Positions 38,288-49,510 of a DNA stretch of 64,000 nucleotides are shown one piece after another. The stretch covers positions 12,308-76,307 of the forward strand of contig QCPY01000003.1 of the NCBI GenBank assembly GCA_003212375.1, written 5' to 3'. The stretch is from Prochlorococcus sp. AG-442-N17 (GTDB taxonomy: Bacteria; Cyanobacteriota; Cyanobacteriia; PCC-6307; Cyanobiaceae). How positions within the stretch are numbered: the stretch's first letter is position 1; each line of letters starts with the position of its first letter. Position numbers and translations under genes: made by a program. A model generated the notes under the pieces. That model saw nothing but the letters and a program-made list of their open reading frames with translations, ran no database searches and was not told where the DNA came from.

Positions 38288-38590
38288 ATGAAAATATTTA
38301 TTTTTGTTAGGCAGGGATGTTGCCTTTGTGATTCATTAAAAAACAAACTGGCAAAAATAAAACTTAATGAGTTATTCCCTAATCTAGAGGAGCTTAAAGA
38401 AATTGATATTGATAGGTTCGATTTATATAAAGATAAATATAAAAAATATGATTACGAAGTACCTGTTATTGCTGTTGAAAGAATTAGGTCCGAGGAGATC
38501 ATAGAATTGCCTCGTATTTCTCCAAGATTAAAAGATGATCAATTAAAGAATTGGTTTCAAAAAAATATTAGTACCATTCTGGAGAAATAA
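38288..38590 (+). CDS. Glutaredoxin-like (DUF836) protein
   Basis: GCCLCD, YDYEVPV. Confidence 0.8.
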   Translation: MKIFIFVRQGCCLCDSLKNKLAKIKLNELFPNLEELKEIDIDRFDLYKDKYKKYDYEVPVIAVERIRSEEIIELPRISPRLKDDQLKNWFQKNISTILEK

Positions 38591-38599
38591 TTTTTTTAT

Positions 38600-40135
38600 A
38601 TGAGATCTATAAAATTACATAAACTTTTAGATTTGGTAGGAATTATTCCTTCATCAAATCTTATCGATCAAGATATCAATAATATTTCTTTTAACTCTAA
38701 AGAAGTACAAAAAGGAACTTTATTTTTAGGAATGCCTGGTTTAAATGTTGATGGAGGAAAATTTTGTATTGAGGCAATTGAAAATGGCGCAGAGGCTGCC
38801 ATTATTGGCCCTGCTGCAAAACAGAAAATCGGATTTATTGATCGAAAAAGGATTTTGGTTATAGAGGATAATTTAGATTATATTTTTGGTCAAATAGTCG
38901 CTGAGTTTTGGAATAGGCCTTCAAGAAAACTTAAACTTATTGGTGTTACTGGTACAAATGGAAAAACGACAATTACTTTCTTATTGGAATACCTTTTAAA
39001 AAAATTAGGGAAAAAGACTGCATTATTTGGGACCTTGTTTAATAGATGGCCTGGCTTTTCAGAAGTTGCTTCTCATACAACTGATTTCGCCGATAAACTT
39101 CAAAAGAAATTAAATGCTGCTGTTGAGGCAGAATCTGAATTCGCGATATTAGAAGTAAGTTCTCATTCTATTGCTCAAAAGAGGATATCAGGATGCGAAT
39201 TTGAGGCGGCTATTTTTACTAATTTAACTCAAGATCATCTTGATTATCACTCAGATATGGAATCTTATTTTCAAACAAAAAGAAAATTGTTTTTACCACC
39301 TTATTTAATAGAAAAGGATGGAATTTCTGTATTAAATCACGATGACCCTTGGATATCTAAATTATCATCTGATCTTGAAAAAAGATCTTCATTAGTGTCT
39401 ACAAAGATTACTGAAAGTGAATTTAAAAATCATGATTTTTTTTTCGTAACAGATAAAAAATTTACTGAAAATGGCTCAACCTGCATTTTTCATACACCTA
39501 AGGAAAAAATTCAACTTTTTGTTCCACTCGTTGGAGAATTTAATTTAATGAATGCGATTCAAGCAATAACAATTTTGTATAAACTTAATTTTTCTTTAAA
39601 AGATCTATCAAAGTTAATACGATCTTTCCCTGGCGCTCCTGGGCGAATGGAGAAAATAGAAATTGATAATGATGACGTTTCAAGATCACTTCCAACAGTA
39701 ATTGTTGATTATGCCCACACTCCTGATGGATTAAAAAAAGTTTTGCAATCAATTAAAAAACTTTGTAAGGGAAAACTCATTACTGTTTTTGGCTGTGGAG
39801 GAGATCGAGATCTTGGTAAAAGGCCTTTAATGGGATCAATAGCTGAAGAGTTTTCTGATCAACTTTTTATAACTTCAGATAATCCAAGATCAGAAGAACC
39901 CCAAAAGATAGTAAATGATATTTTGATGGGTATAAAAAAAAGAGAAAAAATAACAATTGAGATTGATAGATTTAAAGCAATAAATGAATCTATTAAATTT
40001 GCCAATAAAGAAGATATTGTTTTAATTGCAGGAAAAGGACATGAAGACTACCAAATTCTCAATGATAAAGTTATTAATTTTGATGATAGAAAAATAGCTT
40101 ATAAATTATTAAAAGAAAAAAGAAAATCTCAATAA
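38600..40135 (+). CDS. murE: UDP-MurNAc-tripeptide synthetase
   Basis: GTNGKTT, DYAHTPD, DNPR, GKGHE. Confidence 0.96.
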   Translation: MRSIKLHKLLDLVGIIPSSNLIDQDINNISFNSKEVQKGTLFLGMPGLNVDGGKFCIEAIENGAEAAIIGPAAKQKIGFIDRKRILVIEDNLDYIFGQIVAEFWNRPSRKLKLIGVTGTNGKTTITFLLEYLLKKLGKKTALFGTLFNRWPGFSEVASHTTDFADKLQKKLNAAVEAESEFAILEVSSHSIAQKRISGCEFEAAIFTNLTQDHLDYHSDMESYFQTKRKLFLPPYLIEKDGISVLNHDDPWISKLSSDLEKRSSLVSTKITESEFKNHDFFFVTDKKFTENGSTCIFHTPKEKIQLFVPLVGEFNLMNAIQAITILYKLNFSLKDLSKLIRSFPGAPGRMEKIEIDNDDVSRSLPTVIVDYAHTPDGLKKVLQSIKKLCKGKLITVFGCGGDRDLGKRPLMGSIAEEFSDQLFITSDNPRSEEPQKIVNDILMGIKKREKITIEIDRFKAINESIKFANKEDIVLIAGKGHEDYQILNDKVINFDDRKIAYKLLKEKRKSQ

Positions 40136-40216
40136 AATTTCCTAATCAAATAAGAAAGATTTTTACGCAAATCACAGGAAAAGTTTCTTAAGATTGATTA
40201 AGTTATTTTTAATAAA

Positions 40217-40921
40217 ATGAAGGGCTTAGCCTTAGTTGTAGGCGCAGGTGGAATTGGAACCCAAATAGCTAAAGATCTGAGTGAAAGTGAAAAAGATTTA
40301 GAAGTTGTTTTGTGCGGAAGAAAAAGTGAATTTAATTCTTTTTGGGAATTAGATATAGAGGATTCTCAATCCCTTTTGCAGTTGAAAAATAAAATATCAA
40401 ATCAGCCTTCAAAATTAAGGCTAGTTGTTAATGCTACAGGTAGACTTCATAGTGATTCTCTTCAACCAGAAAAAAGATTACAACATCTTGATAAAAAAAA
40501 TATGATGGAAAGTTTTTCAATAAACGCCTTTTCTCCTATTTTATTAGCTAAAGCGATTGAAGAATTTATACCAAAAGATTTGGATTTTAATTTTGCAAGT
40601 ATAAGTGCAAGAGTTGGTAGCATTGGAGATAATCAAACTGGAGGTTGGTATTCATATAGAGCTGCAAAATCTGCGCAAAATCAGTTTTTTAAATCTTTAA
40701 GTATTGAATGGGCTAGACGTTTCCCAAAGGCTACTATCACATTGCTTCATCCAGGAACAGTAGATACTGATTTATCTAGACCTTTTCATAAATTTGTGCC
40801 AGAACATAAATTATTTAGTAAAGAAAAATCCTCCCAATTTTTGATCAATATTATTAAAAATCAATCCCCGGAATGTACTGGAAAATTTATTGCTTGGGAT
40901 AGCTCAGAAATACCCTGGTAA
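40217..40921 (+). CDS. Short-chain dehydrogenase (CsgA/C-factor-like)
   Basis: SARVGSIGDN..GGWYSYRAAK, HPGTVDT. Confidence 0.9.
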   Translation: MKGLALVVGAGGIGTQIAKDLSESEKDLEVVLCGRKSEFNSFWELDIEDSQSLLQLKNKISNQPSKLRLVVNATGRLHSDSLQPEKRLQHLDKKNMMESFSINAFSPILLAKAIEEFIPKDLDFNFASISARVGSIGDNQTGGWYSYRAAKSAQNQFFKSLSIEWARRFPKATITLLHPGTVDTDLSRPFHKFVPEHKLFSKEKSSQFLINIIKNQSPECTGKFIAWDSSEIPW

Positions 40922-42085
40922 TTTTTTAATTTCTTCAGAAAGTAAATTAATCTCAGCTTCTGTAGTCATTTGATGTACGCATGCTCTAAACCATTTTGGA
41001 TCTTCTAAAACTCTAATCCAAATTTTCTTTTCTCCAAGTTTATTTACAAATTTATCCTTATCTTTAATATTTTCGATATTAAAACTAACTATCCCATTTA
41101 AGTACTTTTTTTCTAAAACTAATTCAACACCCTTTAATTGATTTAATTCATCCCAAAGTTTCTCACTTAATCTTTTTATATATTTTCTTTTTTCTTTTTC
41201 ATTGCAGTCTTTATCCAAAAGATCTATAGAATTACGAAGCCCTGCAAGTAAAGGAATGCAAGATGTAGCTACTTCAAACTTCCTTGCATCATCATGAAAA
41301 AGATTATCTGAAGGCTCATAAATGCCTTGTTCTTTTTTTAATGATTTCCAACCAATTATTGTTGGATCTGTTTCATGAATAAATCTATCTGAGACATAAA
41401 TGGCTCCAAGTCCTTCTGGTCCACATGCCCATTTATGAGAAGTTATTGAATATAAATCAGAATAAAAAACTTCTTTTTCAATATTTATGTGCCCAAAGGT
41501 TTGAGCACCATCAACAAGTAGATAAGAGTTTTCTCGATTGTTTTTTAATTCGATGGAAATTTGTTTTAAAGGAATTTTATATCCAAAGTTCCATAAGATA
41601 TGAGAAATAATTAGTATCTTAGTCTTACTATTTAGATTTTTCAAAATCTCTAAAATTATATTTTCGTCGTTTAGATTTTTGAATTTTTGGATCGGCAAAA
41701 TTTTGAATATTAATTTATTTCTTCTGCAAAATTCTCGACTTGCAGCCACTACTCCAGGATGTTCACAGTCACTTATTAACAGCTCTTCTCCCTCTTCTAC
41801 TTTTATTCCCCAAAAGGGTAAAATCATACCGGAAGAGATATTCTCGGTTAAAGCTACATTCTTTGAATTTACACCTAATTTTTGTGCAATGAGCCTTTTT
41901 GTGGTCAATATTTCTTTGTAAATAAAAGGCCACATATTGTTAGTAAATGGTCCTAAATCTTGGATAATTTCCCACGTTTTAACTATGGCTTCTAAAGAAG
42001 ATTTTGGTAATGGTCCTTGACCTCCATAGTTGAAATAATACTTATTTTTTAATGCTGGTATTTGATCTCTTAGATTATTTCTCAT
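40904..42085 (-). CDS. Aminotransferase class V (cysteine/cystine lyase-like)
   Basis: YFNYGGQGP, VDGAQ, SHKWACGP. Confidence 0.88.
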   Translation of the reverse strand: MRNNLRDQIPALKNKYYFNYGGQGPLPKSSLEAIVKTWEIIQDLGPFTNNMWPFIYKEILTTKRLIAQKLGVNSKNVALTENISSGMILPFWGIKVEEGEELLISDCEHPGVVAASREFCRRNKLIFKILPIQKFKNLNDENIILEILKNLNSKTKILIISHILWNFGYKIPLKQISIELKNNRENSYLLVDGAQTFGHINIEKEVFYSDLYSITSHKWACGPEGLGAIYVSDRFIHETDPTIIGWKSLKKEQGIYEPSDNLFHDDARKFEVATSCIPLLAGLRNSIDLLDKDCNEKEKRKYIKRLSEKLWDELNQLKGVELVLEKKYLNGIVSFNIENIKDKDKFVNKLGEKKIWIRVLEDPKWFRACVHQMTTEAEINLLSEEIKKLPGYF

Positions 42086-42121
42086 GGAAATTTAATTTAT
42101 ATTTTTAAACTCTTGAATTTT

Positions 42122-42916
42122 TTAAATATTGCCTACTAAAGTTACTGTTCTAAATTCTATATCCTCAATTACTTTCCAAGGTTCAGCACTCCTTTCTGCA
42201 AATTCTAAATTTTTAAATCCTAGTTCTTTAAAGTCACTTATAAAGTCTGGTTCATACCATGCTCCACTTATACATCCTGTCCATAGATCATGATCATTTT
42301 GCAATCTTAAAGGAACTTTTTTGTTAGAAACAATATCGCTAATTGCAATTCTCCCATTATCGTTTAAAACTCTTTTTATATTTCTTAGAAGGTTATTTCT
42401 AGATTCTGGACTTACCAAGTTTAAAACGCAATTACTTAAAATAATATCAACTGATTTGTCGGCGATTAATGGATTTAAATCTTTATCTAATTCATCAAGT
42501 TTTTCAATTGAACCTTCAAGAAATATTGTATTGTTGAAACCTATATTTTTTGTAACTTCTTTGGAGGCTGATCTAGATAAAGAAAGCATATCAGGATTCT
42601 GATCAACTCCAATAACTTTACCTTCTTTCCCAACAATTTGGGCACAAATAAAAGCATTTTTGCCGCTACCACTTCCAAGATCTAAGACTATATCGTTTTT
42701 TTGAACATATTTTGTTGGATCACCACATCCATAGTCTCTTTCTATAACCTCTTGAGGAATTGCTTCAAGTAAAACGGGATTAAACCCAACTGGTGTACAA
42801 AGACAACTTTCTTTTTCTAGTGCGGCTGAACCATATCGTTCTTGAATAGCATCTTTATGATCGAATTGATTAGATGCTTTATTAGATGTGTTTGTATTAC
42901 AGCAACTTTCAGACAT
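42122..42916 (-). CDS. SAM-dependent methyltransferase, ArsM-like
   Basis: YGCGDP, LDLGSGSG, SNCVLNL, WTGCISGA. Confidence 0.8.
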   Translation of the reverse strand: MSESCCNTNTSNKASNQFDHKDAIQERYGSAALEKESCLCTPVGFNPVLLEAIPQEVIERDYGCGDPTKYVQKNDIVLDLGSGSGKNAFICAQIVGKEGKVIGVDQNPDMLSLSRSASKEVTKNIGFNNTIFLEGSIEKLDELDKDLNPLIADKSVDIILSNCVLNLVSPESRNNLLRNIKRVLNDNGRIAISDIVSNKKVPLRLQNDHDLWTGCISGAWYEPDFISDFKELGFKNLEFAERSAEPWKVIEDIEFRTVTLVGNI

Positions 42917-42946
42917 ATCTTTAAAGAAATTTCTATAACTATAGCC

Positions 42947-42978
42947 AAAAAAAAAACCCCTATAAGGGGTTTTATTTT
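42947..42978. terminator. Rho-independent terminator after the DUF4278 gene
   Basis: A10-CCCCT-ata-AGGGG-TTTTATTTTT. Confidence 0.7.
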
Positions 42979-42988
42979 TGGAATTAAA

Positions 42989-43162
42989 TTATTTAGTGTA
43001 GTTAGCACCTCTGTAATTTAATTCTGCTTTTTCATTACTTGAAGAAGCGTCATCCATTCTATTGGTGTATACGTTTCTTCTGTAGGTAAGTTCAACTTGT
43101 TGCTTTTTGGCAACTTCTTTGTTTTGAACGTAGTTTTTACCTCTGTAAGTTAAAGTAGTCAT
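42989..43162 (-). CDS. DUF4278 family small protein; start ATG 43162 (MTTLTYRG)
   Basis: Three L(T/N)YR(G/R) repeats; downstream of the riboswitch. Confidence 0.85.
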   Translation of the reverse strand: MTTLTYRGKNYVQNKEVAKKQQVELTYRRNVYTNRMDDASSSNEKAELNYRGANYTK

Positions 43163-43186
43163 GTTTCGATTTGACAAAACGGCCAT

Positions 43187-43237
43187 CCCCCGTTCCATGG
43201 TATGACTCGAACTGCGCCCTAAAATAAGGGTGAACGA
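43187..43237 (-). ncRNA. Downstream-peptide (glutamine-II) riboswitch
   Basis: CGTTCACCCTTATTTTAGGGCGCAGTTCGAGTCATACCATGGAACGGGGG: CGTTC/GAACG P1 stem and CCCT/AGGG hairpin; upstream of DUF4278. Confidence 0.85.
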
Positions 43238-43240
43238 AAA

Positions 43241-43267
43241 TGTAGCTGTTGCTACAAATTTATTATA
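43241..43267 (-). promoter_or_regulatory. NtcA box (GTA-N8-TAC) overlapping the probable TSS, with a TATAAT -10
   Basis: TGTAGCTGTTGCTACA 43241-43256; TATAAT on the minus strand at 43262-43267. Confidence 0.75.
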
Positions 43268-43415
43268 TATGTATTTTTATATTGCTGTCTATGTTTTACA
43301 GTTAGAAATAAATTTTTAATTTTTTTTTAATTATTATCTAAAGTAAATTTTGCTATCTATTTTATCTAAAAAGGATTAGGTTTATATTTGATTTCTTATT
43401 TTTAAGATTTTATTT

Positions 43416-43676
43416 ATGACAGGGTTTTTATATTTTTTGGGTAATACTTTGAGATGGCCCGCATTAAAACCAAAAGAATTTTTTTCTTTACATGCATACT
43501 TTACTATTATTTATTTGATAACTTTTACATTAAGTAAAAATGAAGTTAATCAATCAAATCTAGTTTTTACTCTTGGTATTTTAGCTCCTCTTTTAATATC
43601 TATTGGGCAAGGGCTTCCTGTAAATTGCTTAGATTTTAAATCTTCTTTAATTAAAGAATTAGGAAAAGAATCGTAA
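43416..43676 (+). CDS. Conserved hypothetical membrane protein
   Basis: Two hydrophobic segments. Confidence 0.65.
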   Translation: MTGFLYFLGNTLRWPALKPKEFFSLHAYFTIIYLITFTLSKNEVNQSNLVFTLGILAPLLISIGQGLPVNCLDFKSSLIKELGKES

Positions 43677-43693
43677 AATTTGTAATATTAAGC

Positions 43694-43939
43694 TTATAAG
43701 ACTTGTACAACTTCGCTAATTTCAGGAATCATTTCTTTTAACTTTCTTTCGATACCCATTTTCAACGTCATAGTACTGCTAGGGCAACTTCCACATGCTC
43801 CTTGAAGTCTGACTTTGACAATTGGACCATCTATTTCTGCAATCTCTACATTACCTCCATCAGAAATTAAAAAAGGTCTTAGCTCGTCAAGGACTTTTTC
43901 TACATTTTCGTTTGTCAGCGAGAGTGTTTCAGTACTCAT
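43694..43939 (-). CDS. nfuA: NifU/NfuA Fe-S scaffold
   Basis: [19 protein letters not shown]. Confidence 0.93.
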   Translation of the reverse strand: MSTETLSLTNENVEKVLDELRPFLISDGGNVEIAEIDGPIVKVRLQGACGSCPSSTMTLKMGIERKLKEMIPEISEVVQVL

Positions 43940-44009
43940 AATTTTGGATTAACTTTATAATAAGCCTAGAAAGAAATCTGATTAATTGCAAAAAAGATAA
44001 TTTTCTGTT

Positions 44010-45506
44010 GTGACTTCACCTAAAAATCCCACTAATGACAATAGCTACTTTGATGCAGTCTTAGTAGGAGCAGGGATAATGAGTAGTACTTTAGCCCTCC
44101 TAATTTCAGAAGTTTTGCCAGATATAAAATTTCTTATTATAGAAAAATTAAATGCTCCAGGAAGTGAAAGTACTGGCGCATTTAATAATGCAGGTACAGG
44201 ACATGCGGCTAATTGTGAATTAAACTATACCCCTTTAGATGAAAAAGGAAATCTAAAAATAGATAAAGCGCTCTCAATAAATCGTTCTTTTGAAACATCC
44301 ATGTCTTTATGGGCCTCATTGTATGAAGCAGGGAAAATTGATATTAAGAAGTTTCTAAAATTTATCCCTCATATTAGCTTTGTGTCTGGTAAGGATAATA
44401 TTTCTTTTTTAAAAAAAAGATTTCAGAAAATGACCGAAAATCCTGAATTTATTGATATGGAATTTTCTACATCTTTTGATGAAATTTCATCATGGGCTCC
44501 TCTAATAACAAAAGATAGGAATCCATTTACTAAAATTGCTGCTACAAAAATAAGTAGAGGAACAGATATTAATTTTGAAGCTCTCACAAAAGAGTATTTG
44601 TCATTAGTTTCTTTAAATAAAAATGTTGAAATTAGATACAAAACAGAATTAGTAGATTTAAAGAAAATTGATAAAACAAAATGGGAACTAGAAATTAGTT
44701 CAGAGGGTAGAAAAACTTCAATTAGAACTGGCTATGTTTTTCTTGGAGCTGGAGGAAAAACAATTAATTATTTGCAAAAATCGAAAATTCCAGAAGCAAA
44801 GAGTTATGGTGGATTTCCTGTTAGTGGGAAATGGCTTATTTGCGAGAAAAGAGATCTAGCAGAGAATCATAACTCAAAAGTTTATGGAAAAGCTGATATT
44901 GGATCGCCACCTATGTCTGTGCCTCATTTAGATACCAGATGGATTGATAATAAAAAACTTCTTCTATATGGACCTTTTGCTGGATTTACAACGAAATTTC
45001 TAAAGCAAAGTTCATACTTTGACTTATTTAGTTCAATTAAAAAGAATAATATTTTTTCTATGTTAGACGTTGGTTTCAAGAACAACGATTTAATTAATTA
45101 CCTAATATCACAATCATTAAAGAACCATAACTCAAGAGTTGAGAATTTAAGGAATATGATGCCATCAGCTAATCCTTCCGATTGGTATTTAAAGAATGCT
45201 GGTCAAAGAGTCCAAATAATAAAAAAAACTGAAGGTGGTGGTTCTTTGAAATTTGGAACGGAGATTGTAAATTCATCTGATGGTTCATTATCTGCTTTGC
45301 TAGGAGCTTCTCCGGGAGCAAGTACTGCGGTTTCAATAATGATTGAGGTTCTAGAAAAATCTGTTTTATTTTTAAAAGATAAGCATAATCTTCAGAAAAA
45401 AATAAATGACTTAATTTATCCAGAACTATCAGTCTCTGAAAATTACAGTACCTTCATAAAAGATATTAAAAAAAGAAATAATTCCATTTTTGGTTTCCAT
45501 CCATAA
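44010..45506 (+). CDS. mqo: Malate:quinone oxidoreductase
   Basis: [29 protein letters not shown]. Confidence 0.95.
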   Translation: MTSPKNPTNDNSYFDAVLVGAGIMSSTLALLISEVLPDIKFLIIEKLNAPGSESTGAFNNAGTGHAANCELNYTPLDEKGNLKIDKALSINRSFETSMSLWASLYEAGKIDIKKFLKFIPHISFVSGKDNISFLKKRFQKMTENPEFIDMEFSTSFDEISSWAPLITKDRNPFTKIAATKISRGTDINFEALTKEYLSLVSLNKNVEIRYKTELVDLKKIDKTKWELEISSEGRKTSIRTGYVFLGAGGKTINYLQKSKIPEAKSYGGFPVSGKWLICEKRDLAENHNSKVYGKADIGSPPMSVPHLDTRWIDNKKLLLYGPFAGFTTKFLKQSSYFDLFSSIKKNNIFSMLDVGFKNNDLINYLISQSLKNHNSRVENLRNMMPSANPSDWYLKNAGQRVQIIKKTEGGGSLKFGTEIVNSSDGSLSALLGASPGASTAVSIMIEVLEKSVLFLKDKHNLQKKINDLIYPELSVSENYSTFIKDIKKRNNSIFGFHP

Positions 45507-45561
45507 TTCTAATTAGCTAATATTAATCAAGATGTAATAAGAGGAGAATTTTTCTTTCTAT

Positions 45562-47370
45562 ATGACTGATATATCGGTTTCAAAAATTAGGAATTTCTGC
45601 ATAATCGCTCATATTGACCATGGTAAATCTACTCTTGCAGATAGGTTGCTTCAAGATACTGGTACTGTGCAGCAAAGGGATATGCAAGAACAATTTTTGG
45701 ACAGTATGGATCTTGAAAGAGAGAGAGGAATTACTATCAAGTTACAGGCCGCTAGGATGAAATATAAAGCTGACGATTCTCAAGAATATGTTTTGAACTT
45801 AATAGATACTCCAGGGCATGTTGATTTCTCTTATGAGGTTAGTAGATCTCTTCAAGCTTGTGAAGGCGCTTTACTCGTTGTTGATGCGAGTCAAGGAGTA
45901 GAAGCTCAAACCTTAGCTAATGTTTATCTTGCCTTAGAAAATAATCTTGAAATAATTCCTGTTTTAAATAAAGTTGATTTACCAGGTGCTGATGCTGAAA
46001 AAATAAAACAAGAAATAGAGGAAATTATTGGACTCGATACATCTAATGCAATAAATTGTTCAGCAAAAACTGGAGTTGGTATTAAAGATATTTTGGAAGC
46101 GATTGTAAAAAGAGTCCCTCCTCCTCAAGATGAAATTAATCTACCTACAAAGGCACTGATTTTTGATTCTTATTATGATCCGTACAGAGGAGTTATTGTT
46201 TATTTCAGGGTGATATCTGGTTCTCTCAATAAGAGAGAAAAGATATTATTAATGGCGAGTAAAAAAAATTATGAACTAGATGAGATAGGAATAATGGCAC
46301 CTGATCAGCAGCAAGTTGATGAATTACATGCAGGAGAAGTTGGTTATTTAGCAGCTTCTATAAAATCAGTTGCTGATGCGAGAGTGGGAGATACGATTAC
46401 TCTTTTAAACTCACCTGCCAATGATCCTTTGCCTGGTTATAAGACAGCAAATCCTATGGTTTTTTGTGGCTTATTCCCAACTGATGCTGATCAATTCCCA
46501 GATTTAAGAGTATCACTAGAAAAATTACAATTATCTGATGCAGCTTTAAAATATGAGCCCGAAACCAGTAGCGCAATGGGTTTTGGATTTAGGTGCGGAT
46601 TCCTAGGACTTCTTCATATGGAGATTGTTCAAGAAAGATTAGAAAGAGAATATGACTTGGATCTAATAGTAACGGCACCATCAGTTATCTATAAGGTTAA
46701 TTTAAATCAGCAGGAACATATCTTTATTGATAATCCTTCTACAATTCCTGATCCACAACTTAGAGAATCAATAGAGGAGCCTTATGTGAAAATGGAAATT
46801 TTTGCTCCCAATGAATTTAATGGAACATTAATGGGTTTATGTCAGGAAAGAAGGGGAGTATTCATAGATATGAAATATATAACAACAGAAAGAGTAACCT
46901 TGATTTATGAAATCCCACTAGCAGAGGTAGTTACTGATTTCTTTGATCAAATGAAAAGTAGGACTCAAGGTTATGCATCAATGGAATATCATTTAATTGG
47001 CTATAGAAAGAACGACCTTGTTAGATTAGATGTTCTAATAAATTCAGAAAGAGCAGATCCTTTAACCTCAATTGTGCATAAAGATAAGGCTTATGGAATA
47101 GGCAGAAGTTTAGTTGAGAAATTAAAAGAACTTATACCAAAACAACAATTTAAAATACCTATTCAAGCATCAATAGGTAGCAGGATTATTGCGAGCGAAA
47201 GTATAAGTGCTTTGCGAAAAGATGTTTTATCTAAATGTTATGGAGGAGATATTTCTAGGAAAAAGAAACTTTTAAAAAAACAAGCTAAAGGTAAAAAAAG
47301 GATGAAGGCAATGGGTAAAGTTGAAGTCCCCCAAGAAGCTTTTATGGCAGTCCTGAAATTAAACCAATAA
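45562..47370 (+). CDS. lepA: Elongation factor 4
   Basis: [23 protein letters not shown]. Confidence 0.98.
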   Translation: MTDISVSKIRNFCIIAHIDHGKSTLADRLLQDTGTVQQRDMQEQFLDSMDLERERGITIKLQAARMKYKADDSQEYVLNLIDTPGHVDFSYEVSRSLQACEGALLVVDASQGVEAQTLANVYLALENNLEIIPVLNKVDLPGADAEKIKQEIEEIIGLDTSNAINCSAKTGVGIKDILEAIVKRVPPPQDEINLPTKALIFDSYYDPYRGVIVYFRVISGSLNKREKILLMASKKNYELDEIGIMAPDQQQVDELHAGEVGYLAASIKSVADARVGDTITLLNSPANDPLPGYKTANPMVFCGLFPTDADQFPDLRVSLEKLQLSDAALKYEPETSSAMGFGFRCGFLGLLHMEIVQERLEREYDLDLIVTAPSVIYKVNLNQQEHIFIDNPSTIPDPQLRESIEEPYVKMEIFAPNEFNGTLMGLCQERRGVFIDMKYITTERVTLIYEIPLAEVVTDFFDQMKSRTQGYASMEYHLIGYRKNDLVRLDVLINSERADPLTSIVHKDKAYGIGRSLVEKLKELIPKQQFKIPIQASIGSRIIASESISALRKDVLSKCYGGDISRKKKLLKKQAKGKKRMKAMGKVEVPQEAFMAVLKLNQ

Positions 47371-47447
47371 TTTTTTAAATTTAAAATAATAGCTATTTTT
47401 TTTTCTTTAAGAATTGGGTATATTTCAGTCATATCTGTAAAAAAATT

Positions 47448-48293
47448 TTGGATATTAACTCATATAATCGTGTCGGCGTAAATATCAGAAAAGCTGGATT
47501 TCTAATTGTACTTTTTTATCTTCTTATCGTTTTAATTATCAAATTTTTAGAGGTCAATAATTTTTTTGGTTATTCATTTTCAATGGTAAGCAATGATATC
47601 TTTGCCCCTCCTTCGCTTAATCATTTCTGTGGCACAGATAGATTAGGAAGAGATGTTTGCTTAAGAACTTTGCAAGGATCATCCTTAGCTATAGAAGTTG
47701 TATTATTAGCTATTCTTTTTTCATTAAGTTTGGGTTTGCCATTGGGATTATTAAGTGGATATTTTGGTGGTTTTTTTGATAAATGTTTATCACTAATAAT
47801 GGATACTATTTTTTCAATACCTGTAATTTTGCTTTCGGTTGTTGTTGCCTTTGTATTGGGTAAGGGTATTCTTAACGCAGCTTTTGCACTGTGTATTGTT
47901 TATTCTCCTCAATATTTTAGATTAATTAGAAATCAGACAATATTGGTTAAATCCGAAACTTATGTTGAGGCAGCTCAAGTTTCAGGAGCTGATGTTAAAA
48001 AAATTATTTTTAAATATATTCTCCCAAATGTAATAACTCCTTTACCAATTCTACTTACCTTAAATGCTGCTGATGCTGTCTTGGTATTGGGAAGTTTAGG
48101 ATTTTTAGGACTTGGTGTTCCTGCAGATGTCCCAGAATGGGGTAGTGATTTAAATCTTGCTCTTGCTGCTTTACCTACAGGTATATGGTGGACTGCTTTA
48201 TTCCCAGGTTTGGCAATGTTTTTTTTAGTTTTAGGGCTTTCTTTTATGGGAGAGGATCTTGAAGAAATTTTTGATAGTCAAAATTCTAAATAA
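47448..48293 (+). CDS. Peptide/nickel ABC transporter permease (DppC-like)
   Basis: GTDRLGRD, YVEAA, PEWG. Confidence 0.88.
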   Translation: MDINSYNRVGVNIRKAGFLIVLFYLLIVLIIKFLEVNNFFGYSFSMVSNDIFAPPSLNHFCGTDRLGRDVCLRTLQGSSLAIEVVLLAILFSLSLGLPLGLLSGYFGGFFDKCLSLIMDTIFSIPVILLSVVVAFVLGKGILNAAFALCIVYSPQYFRLIRNQTILVKSETYVEAAQVSGADVKKIIFKYILPNVITPLPILLTLNAADAVLVLGSLGFLGLGVPADVPEWGSDLNLALAALPTGIWWTALFPGLAMFFLVLGLSFMGEDLEEIFDSQNSK

Positions 48294-48295
48294 AT

Positions 48296-48967
48296 TTAGT
48301 TTTCTGTAATAGGATCAAATTCACCTCTATCATTCAACTTTGGATATTCTTTAGCTGATTTTTTGTAGATCGCAGCTAATTCTGGATAACACCACTCGAA
48401 CAAAGTCTTTTGATATTCATCTATATTTAAACCTTCCCCATAAGTTGGCAATATACCTTTATCATTTCTCTGGCGAATAGCTTCAAATAATAATATGGAG
48501 GCCGCAACTGAAACGTTCAAGGATTGAACCATCCCTGTCATGGGTATGAAAATTGATTGATCAACCATTGATATGAGTTCATTACTTAATCCCCATTTTT
48601 CTGCTCCCAAAACAAAACATGTATTTTGAGAATAATCAAAATTTCTATAATCTAATGATTCACTATTAAGACTCGTTCCATATAGCTTAAAACCCTTATT
48701 CTTTAAATCAGATATCGCCTTAATAATATTTTCATGATTATTTAGTTTGACCCATTTTTGACTACCTTGGGCAGTACTATTAAAAGTTTTAACGGCATTC
48801 GTTTGGCTAATAAAATTTGCTTCGAAAACCCCTGCTGCATCGCAAGTCCTTAAAATCGCAGATAGATTATGCGGTTTATTGACATCCTCAACCAAAACAG
48901 TCAAGTTTTTCATTCGACAATTTAAAACACTTTTGATTCGCTCAAATCTTCTTGGCAAAATTGACAT
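48296..48967 (-). CDS. trmH: tRNA (guanosine-2'-O)-methyltransferase
   Basis: PHNLSAILRTCDA, GAEKWG, SLNVSVA. Confidence 0.93.
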   Translation of the reverse strand: MSILPRRFERIKSVLNCRMKNLTVLVEDVNKPHNLSAILRTCDAAGVFEANFISQTNAVKTFNSTAQGSQKWVKLNNHENIIKAISDLKNKGFKLYGTSLNSESLDYRNFDYSQNTCFVLGAEKWGLSNELISMVDQSIFIPMTGMVQSLNVSVAASILLFEAIRQRNDKGILPTYGEGLNIDEYQKTLFEWCYPELAAIYKKSAKEYPKLNDRGEFDPITEN

Positions 48968-49109
48968 TTATAATTTGTTCACTTTTTTTCTAATTATATT
49001 CAAAAAAATAAAGTTAATTAATAAATATATTTTCAAAAAAATATTAAAAAAAATGATTATCTATTAAATCTCTTGGTTTATAATATTTAAGTAGTTTTAA
49101 ATTAACTTA

Positions 49110-49313
49110 ATGGCATACATAGAATGGGACTATACAGTAATAACAAGCATGGTAGAAAAACAAGGTTGGGATTTACCCGAGAGAGAATCTGAAGAATGGA
49201 ATAAATTTAACGATGAATTAGGTGAAAAAATGAGAGGAGTTGGACTTGTTTTTGAAAAATATTGTAAGATTACCCCTGATGTTGGAGAAGGTGTTCATCT
49301 TTTGGATGAATAA
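49110..49313 (+). CDS. Small hypothetical protein (67 aa)
   Basis: ATG-started ORF with protein-like composition. Confidence 0.6.
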   Translation: MAYIEWDYTVITSMVEKQGWDLPERESEEWNKFNDELGEKMRGVGLVFEKYCKITPDVGEGVHLLDE

Positions 49314-49510
49314 TTATAAATAGTTTGAAACCATTGATTTATTCTTTAGTCGAGACTTTATTAATTAATTCGATGATGTAATTACACTAAATTAAAACCG
49401 ATAATAATAAGGTTTATAAAGATTGTGCCATAAAAATTTCTTAGGACTAAAAATTTTATTTTTTATCTTCCACAAAAAAGTCATTTAAATTCTATATTTA
49501 TATTAAAAAT

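Noticed and set aside
43163-43198. Upstream ATG extension of DUF4278 (MERGMAV...)
   Set aside because: The ATG lies within the riboswitch 3' strand; the family-like sequence starts at 43162
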